Positions 57,809 through 64,000 of a stretch of 64,000 nt of DNA are shown here, piece after piece. Both the position numbers and the translations under genes were made by a program. Origin of the DNA: Paragordius varius (Eukaryota; Animalia; Nematomorpha); NCBI GenBank assembly GCA_964247055.1, contig OZ176057.1, positions 4,836,001 through 4,900,000 on the forward strand, read 5' to 3'. The stretch's first letter is position 1. Each line of letters begins with the position of its first letter. The notes under the pieces were generated by a model. The model searched no databases. It was given only the letters and a program-made list of their open reading frames with translations, and was not told where the DNA came from.

Positions 57809-58777
57809 AGGTGGGGTGATAAAACACACTGACTTGTAAGTTAATCTTGGCAAGTTGAGCAAGATTACTTAAGCCAGCAAGTGTACACTTGAAGATCGGT
57901 GATAAAAAAACACTTAAGTCAAGTCTTTTGCTTATGAATGTAACAGTTTTTTTGCCACCCAATTCGAATTTTATGGAAACTTTTTTGATCATTTTCAGCC
58001 AAAATTTATGAAATAAGGCACAAAAAGATAAACAATAAATACAATATGCATTTATTAAATTTTTTTAAACTCAATGGCACGTATCTTATTTATATAGAGT
58101 TTTCTAAATATTGAGCTTACATGAAACCATTCGCCCTTAAAACACTTTCCATTTTTTACCACGCTACCTATTTCGTTTGGACTCCAGTTGCAAATATAAT
58201 GGGAAGTTCATACAATATAACATATTATTATTTTTAACTGATTTATCAACATTACATTTGAAATAATTTAATGATGAAATAAATTCTTTACATTGGTTAA
58301 TAGTGAAGTAACCTTTAGCGTTTAATAAACGAAGATTTGAATTTTATGAGATTAATATTAAATTATTAATTTTAAGAAATTTTGGAGAATCAAATTTTTT
58401 TGCGTTCACTAAATAGATATATTTAGCATATTTTCATATGCCATGCTCTTAAATATTAGCAGAGCTTTTCTATAAATTTATCCTCTTTTTTATCCACCCA
58501 ATGATAGGTAAATTTGCCAAAATCAATAAACATTTTATTGCATTAATAAAGGTTTGAATTACATATAAAACCTAATTATACATAAATAGTAACCAAATAC
58601 TTATATTTTTAATTCTGTCTTGCAAAATCTTTAAGTTTTAATTGATCATATGATTTTTTATCACCTGCGAATCAAATTTTCTTGTTTGACTTAAGTCGTC
58701 TGATGTTAATATTTTTATAGCCATGACATGAAAAAACTTGCAGGTCATGTCTTAAAAAATTTTAAATCAGCCCCTCC
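57809..58777 (-). mobile_element. Family-E element, reverse orientation
   Basis: AAT|AGGTGGGGTGATAAAA ... ATCAGCCCCTCC|AAT; interior is the reverse complement of 18462-19469. Confidence 0.8.
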
Positions 58778-59865
58778 AATATTTTAAAAAAATATTAAGC
58801 GGACTTCGTCACGTATTATTTACTCTTTTAAATGGACGAGTTCTCTGTCAGTAAAATCATTTGCCAAGAATTTGCGATAAAAAATGCTTAATATATTCTA
58901 CGTTATAGCAAAAAAAAATTTCGAAAAATATAATGTTAAAGCCGAACTTCATAATTTTTTAAGGCATCATAGAAACGGTATTAAACTTCCCAATATGTTT
59001 TAAAACACATTTTCCATACAATTTGATGATGCTAAACATTTCTGTCACGTCAGAATTTTGAGTAAACTTCCGACATCTATAAAATAATTAATGTATATTT
59101 TTTACAAAGCTCACACAAATTTAAAAACCTTCGCGGGTCGCAATATGGGATCAAAAAACGGCGGCCAGCATCAAAATATATATGGATAGATTTCAAACAT
59201 AAGACAAAAAATCTATTTATTTTAACATATTTTGCTAGTGTGTGCTCCTGAGATCACAAATATTTATTCAGAAAATTTGTTTAAGAAATTGATTTTACCT
59301 ATGTTTCGTGATTTATATTTAAACTTATAAAGCCCGCTGTGGGACACCCTTAAGTTCGAGAGGATGAAAATGTTCGTCATTATCCAAATATATAAAAAAA
59401 ATTTTTGTGGGATAGCTTAAAGTTTTTCACCGTTATCACTATCCTATAAAATACCATAAAAACAATTCACCAAAATTTTCATAAATACAATATTATGAAA
59501 TATATCCATTTTTTCCGAAAAAAAACTTTGATGTCATATTTACCATATTCAAATTTCTATTGCCAGATCTCCTTATTTAAAACAAATTAGCCCATTTTAA
59601 AAGGGCAAATTTTCTTCAGCCTCAAAGCCTATAGATATAAAATAGAATTTTATAAAAATATCGATATATAGGGATATCATGATGATATTTTTAAAATAGA
59701 GGATTGCCATTTTATTATATGGAGCTACCATATAAATGTAGCTTTCTTAAATTACTCGCGGGGGCACAACTAAAAACACCAATATAATTCTTATATATTT
59801 TTCTATCAAAATAAATATGATATTTTTATCATAGGAATCTATCTTAAAATAGATGGAGGTGCTAA

Positions 59866-60872
59866 CACTTGGATTCAAAACAATTATTCCAGCCCTTCAA
59901 TTCAACTTGGGGTTTCACATAGGTCTGTTTAAAATATTATTCTGAAAATATGGAATAATTAAATCATCGCAAAAGTTTGGACTTTTATAACATAAATGAA
60001 CCTAAATATAAAAAATAAAACACAAAGGTAAAATATACTCACAGCAAATTTTGTGCATTCGCTAAATTTTAAAAAACAATATAAAATAAACGTCTTTTTC
60101 TATTTATATCACTATTGGATGTGATTTAAAAAAAACCTCTAAATAAACAGGATATTTTTCCCGGATGTTGTAAAATAAAAATAGCGTCGAAGTAGTTTTA
60201 TATGGATATTTTTTTCCAAACTAAAAATTTTATTTAGATACTTCAGCCTGACCGTATCTCTCAGTTGTTAAAAATTATTATGCTGAATATAATGTAAAGC
60301 ATTTAGATACCCAAATTTAACACATGGATACAACACATTTATTTTTGACCTTCGATTCAAATTGGGGTAGTGAAACCCAGGCCTGTTCAAAATTAAATCC
60401 TTTAAGAAATATGGAAGGTATCGAAACCATGGCAAAATCTTGCACTTATATAACATTAAAAAACCAATATGAAAAATTTAATTCAAAAATACTTGATATT
60501 ACTTATTTTAAGCTAAAACCGAAAGTTAAAAATTTAGTCAACGTGACATGCGTGCAATGGTAAAATTGAAAAATAATACAAAATAAACAGCTTGATTAAT
60601 TTGTATAATGTTAAATGTAATTTAAAAAAAAATTAGCTTTAATTTTACCCTTAAAATTGAATGAAGATGATATTTTGCTAAAATTTTTGTAAATTGACAT
60701 GCAACTTTTTTTTAAAACAAAATTTTAGTTAGATAAATTGGGATATTATTTTTATAAGGATAGAGGCTTAATTTTAAATTGACACCGTTTCCTGCAGTAA
60801 TTTTTGAATAATCCTAACTATATTTACCCTATTTAGATACCCCAATTTGAATCGAAGTTTTAAATCAAAGTG
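59866..60872 (+). mobile_element. Old family-B MITE interrupted by a younger family-B copy
   Basis: Starts cacttggattc. Its right end atttagatacccaaatTTAA...atcaaagtg is split at the TTAA by 60321-60859. Confidence 0.7.
60321..60859 (+). mobile_element. MITE family B (nested)
   Basis: TTAA|CACATGGATACAACAC ... GAATCGAAGTT|TTAA. Confidence 0.88.
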
Positions 60873-60931
60873 GAAAATTAAATATTGTGTTGTATAATTA
60901 ATCATATTGTAACTTTTAATTTATTTTAACC

Positions 60932-63900
60932 ATGCTTAAAATGCGCTTGCTAAACACTAGGCAATTATTATCTTCACTGCCTCAAATGAAAGCTAAAATT
61001 GATCCTAAAGTAACCGAAATTCTTAATGAACCTGAAATACCTGTTAATAAATCTGCATCAGAAAAAAATTACCCTACTAAAATTGTAAATTTAGTGGAAC
61101 AAATATCTAAATTAACCTTAGTTGAAATTGTCGATTTAAACAAACTTTTAAAGGTATCTACCAATATTAATAATCTTAGAAAACTTTAGATTTACCTGAT
61201 ATGCCTAGTTTTGGCTCTATTCCAATGATGGTAATTTATATTCTACAACACTTTATACTAAAATAAAATTATTTGATTTTATCCGATAAAATACATATTT
61301 TCTCAATTAATTTTGGATACAATAAATCAATTTCATGCAGATGTCTCAAATTGTTTTTAGCGTTTTGCTGTTAAATTGTTTAATTAGTTACCGTAATACT
61401 TCTATTTATATAAAAAAATTTATGTCAAATACCAATCTTCTTTATTAATTTTAATCTTAATTTTATTAAATAAAAATTGAATAACGTCGGAACGCATTTT
61501 TAAAATATACTAGTTATTAATTAACTAACTGTTTTATTTTGTGATGTTGTAAAAATTTCTAAAAATATTATCATTTGCACTTCAAGAGTGCTCTTTAACA
61601 CTTCGAGATGGTCCATGAACATTTCAAGGTATTTTTCATCTACTTTATCATAACCCATCTTTATTTAACATGAACATTAAATCACGATCGACTTTTAATC
61701 ATTCAGAAACCGAATATTATTCATTTCTTTAAAATTATTTATATTAAAGTTTTCTGTATTATTATTATCACTTTTTTATTAAAGACATTTATAAATAATT
61801 AATTTTCGTAAATTGGAAAAAATTAGTTAAAACAAAAAATTTTTTCAATAAAATATGCAAAAATTATGGTTAAATCAAAAAAAAATTTAAGGACCAAACT
61901 GAAATGTTCAAGGACAACTTAAAGTATTTAAGGGCTAACTTGAAGTGTTAAAGGACACTCTTGAAGTGCAAATGGTATATTTTTTCTGAAATCTTATCGT
62001 TTTCCCGTTCTTTGATACAGTAATAAAAAACATCAAATGATCAATATGGTTGTTCTAAAACCCACATTTTATATTTGGTAATTCAACGCTTTGAATAACG
62101 AAAGAAAAATCGAAATGAAATCGGTAGCACACACCCAATTTAATTATAAATATTTCCAATTTATCATATCATATAAGGCTGGTAGAAATATTTTAATTAT
62201 AAAAATCTGGTTATTTTTAACCTAAATTTTTTTATATTTCATTAATATTTTTTATTTTAGACCCAGGCTGTTAATACATCAGTGAGTGACGCATCAAATG
62301 CCGCAGAACAAACAGCCACAAAAACTTCGTACACAGTAAAACTTACCCAATTTGATGACACGAAAAAAGTTACCCTGATTAAAGAAATCAAAAATCTCAT
62401 GACTGATATGAATCTAGTCCAGGTATATATATCATTTACAGTTCAAATTCACCCTCGTACATTTCGAATTTTACCCTCGAACAATACAAATTCACCCTTG
62501 AACGATTTTAATTCACTATAAAAAATAAATTATGTTTTCGAAAGATAACTCATATATTTTCAGTATTATTCCAATCAAAAACAAAATTTTATCTTTTGAA
62601 AATATATATAAAAATACAAGTTTTAATCTTAAAATACATATAATTTATTAGGGGTGACTTTGAATTATAAATGGTATAGTATCTCAAATACAAATAATAT
62701 ATATTTAACAATAAAACTTGGCAAAATTTTTGATACACTTGTTAGTATCTTACTAATATATTTAAACTGTTTGGGTTATTAAAATTTAGGATTATAACTG
62801 AATTTATATCATTCACAGTTTAAATTCACCCTTGAACAATTTAAATTCACCCTCGGACAATTCAAATTCACTCTAGAAGAAATTATATGTTTTTTAAGAT
62901 TAAAAATTACTTATATTTTTTATAATTTAATTAAAAATAAAATTACGTTTAAAATTAATATTCTACTGAAGAAATAATAAACTATGCCATAAAATTTTAT
63001 ATTAATGATGAGTAGGCGAAACACATAATTTATATTTAGGGTGGATTTGAATTTTTCAAGGGTGAATTTGAATTTTTCGAGGGTGAATTCGAATTGTAAA
63101 TGGTATATATAAGTTTATTGGACTTATGGAGAAATAATTTAAAGAAATGCTTTAATATTAAAATATTTTTATATTGAAAATGATTTTTTTTAAACATGCT
63201 TTTCAGAACTTTTAAATGTTTGAAAAAAATTTTTTAATGTGTATTATTTGAATTTAGCAATCAATTAATTATATAACCTAACTTAACTTTTTTATTTAAT
63301 CCAATTACGGTAAAAATTGGAATTATACGGACAAAACGTAAAAATATGACAACCCCATTCTTTTTTAAACCATTATTCCTTTATTAACTATTCAATATGG
63401 ATGGTAAAATATCACATTGATTGTTTTACCATTATACATCTCTATTTCATACTTTGCAGTTTAAACAATGAGTATTAAATTTAATCATGGAAATATGGGT
63501 TGGTTTAAAGAGTATGGGTTGTCTTTTAATTAAAAAAATATTTATATTTATATTTTTACGTTTTGTCCCAGCATATATACCATTTACAGTTCAAATTCAC
63601 CCTTAAACAATTCAAATTCACCCTTGAACAATTTATATTCACCCACGAACAATTCAAATTCACCCTCAAATAAATAACATGTTTTTTAAGATAAAAAATT
63701 ACCTATATTCTAGTATATTTTTAAAAAATATAATTTTGTTCTAAATTATAATAATATTGAAAAAATAATAAATTATGCCATAAAGATATATTTTATATTA
63801 ATAGAGTTATATTAGTTCGAAAACACCTAATTTATTTTTAGGGTGAATTTGAATTGTTCGAATGTGAATTTGAATTGTTCAAGGGTGAATTTGAATTGTT

Positions 63901-64000
63901 CAAGGGTGAGTTTGAACTGTAAATGGTATAATTTCTCAATTTTCCTTTTTTACTTTTTATTTGTCTTTTTTAGGCCAAAAAATTTGTAGAAAGTTTGCCT
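60932..64000 (+). CDS. MRPL12: Mitochondrial ribosomal protein L7/L12 (partial; runs off the window)
   Basis: Exons 60932-61153, 61180-61230, 62261-62422, 63974->64000. Basic presequence-like N-terminus MLKMRLLNTRQLLSS, then KIVNLVEQISKLTLVEIVDLNKLLKKTLDLPD, KTSYTVKLTQFDDTKKVTLIKEIKNLMTDMNLVQ|AKKFVESLP. Confidence 0.93.
61571..61975. mobile_element. MITE family H
   Basis: TA|TCATTTGCACTTCAAGAGTG ... GGACACTCTTGAAGTGCAAATGG|TA. Confidence 0.85.
62432..62674. mobile_element. MITE family A
   Basis: Starts 9 nt after the MRPL12 exon-3 donor; ends aattataaatgg|ta. Confidence 0.82.
62809..63103. mobile_element. MITE family A
   Basis: ta|tcattcacagtttaaattcacccttgaac ... gaattgtaaatgg|ta. Confidence 0.88.
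63306..63570. mobile_element. MITE family C, right end interrupted next to a family-A copy
   Basis: cggtaaaaattggaattatacggacaaaacgtaaaaat ... tttttacgttttgtccc. Confidence 0.75.
63580..63926. mobile_element. MITE family A (near-consensus)
   Basis: TA|CCATTTACAGTTCAAATTCACCC ... GGGTGAGTTTGAACTGTAAATGG|TA. Confidence 0.92.

Noticed and set aside
60268-60563. ORFs 60324-60563 and 60268-60456 as a possible transposase
   Set aside because: Short, no DDE motifs, and not kept open in the other family-B copies.
62423-62680. Family-A elements as introners creating new introns
   Set aside because: Element ends lie 9-56 nt inside the introns and do not provide the GT or AG; these introns also contain other sequence.

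Overview
This is very AT-rich eukaryotic DNA, probably from an invertebrate animal (not identifiable to taxon from this window), using the standard code and GT-AG introns. I reconstructed four protein-coding loci by hand: (1) an orphan Asn/Thr-rich protein with a single ~4-kb terminal exon (7135-11165, minus; 5' exons unresolved); (2) an 18-exon CCR4/CNOT6 deadenylase (24131-48194, plus, ~1206 aa, about twice the usual size); (3) a 7-exon RIO2 kinase (50538-56573, minus, 616 aa); (4) the first four exons of mitochondrial ribosomal protein L12 (60932 to the window end, plus). Most of the remainder is non-autonomous fold-back or MITE-type DNA transposons from at least seven families (my labels A, B, C, D, E, H, P), plus a decayed RTE-type LINE and a probable LTR-integrase relic. 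No intact transposase, RNA gene or CRISPR array was seen. The main unexplained signals concern splicing. Introns are either 26-34 nt or 0.5-3.3 kb. Family-A MITE ends sit within ~60 nt of a splice site in 14 of 16 intronic copies. Three introns in two genes carry duplicated copies of their own 3' splice site plus the first 20-40 nt of the next exon. Donor sites are degenerate (+5 G in 5 of 26, +4 T in 15 of 26). All coordinates, counts and alignments are manual, and reference proteins were compared from memory.
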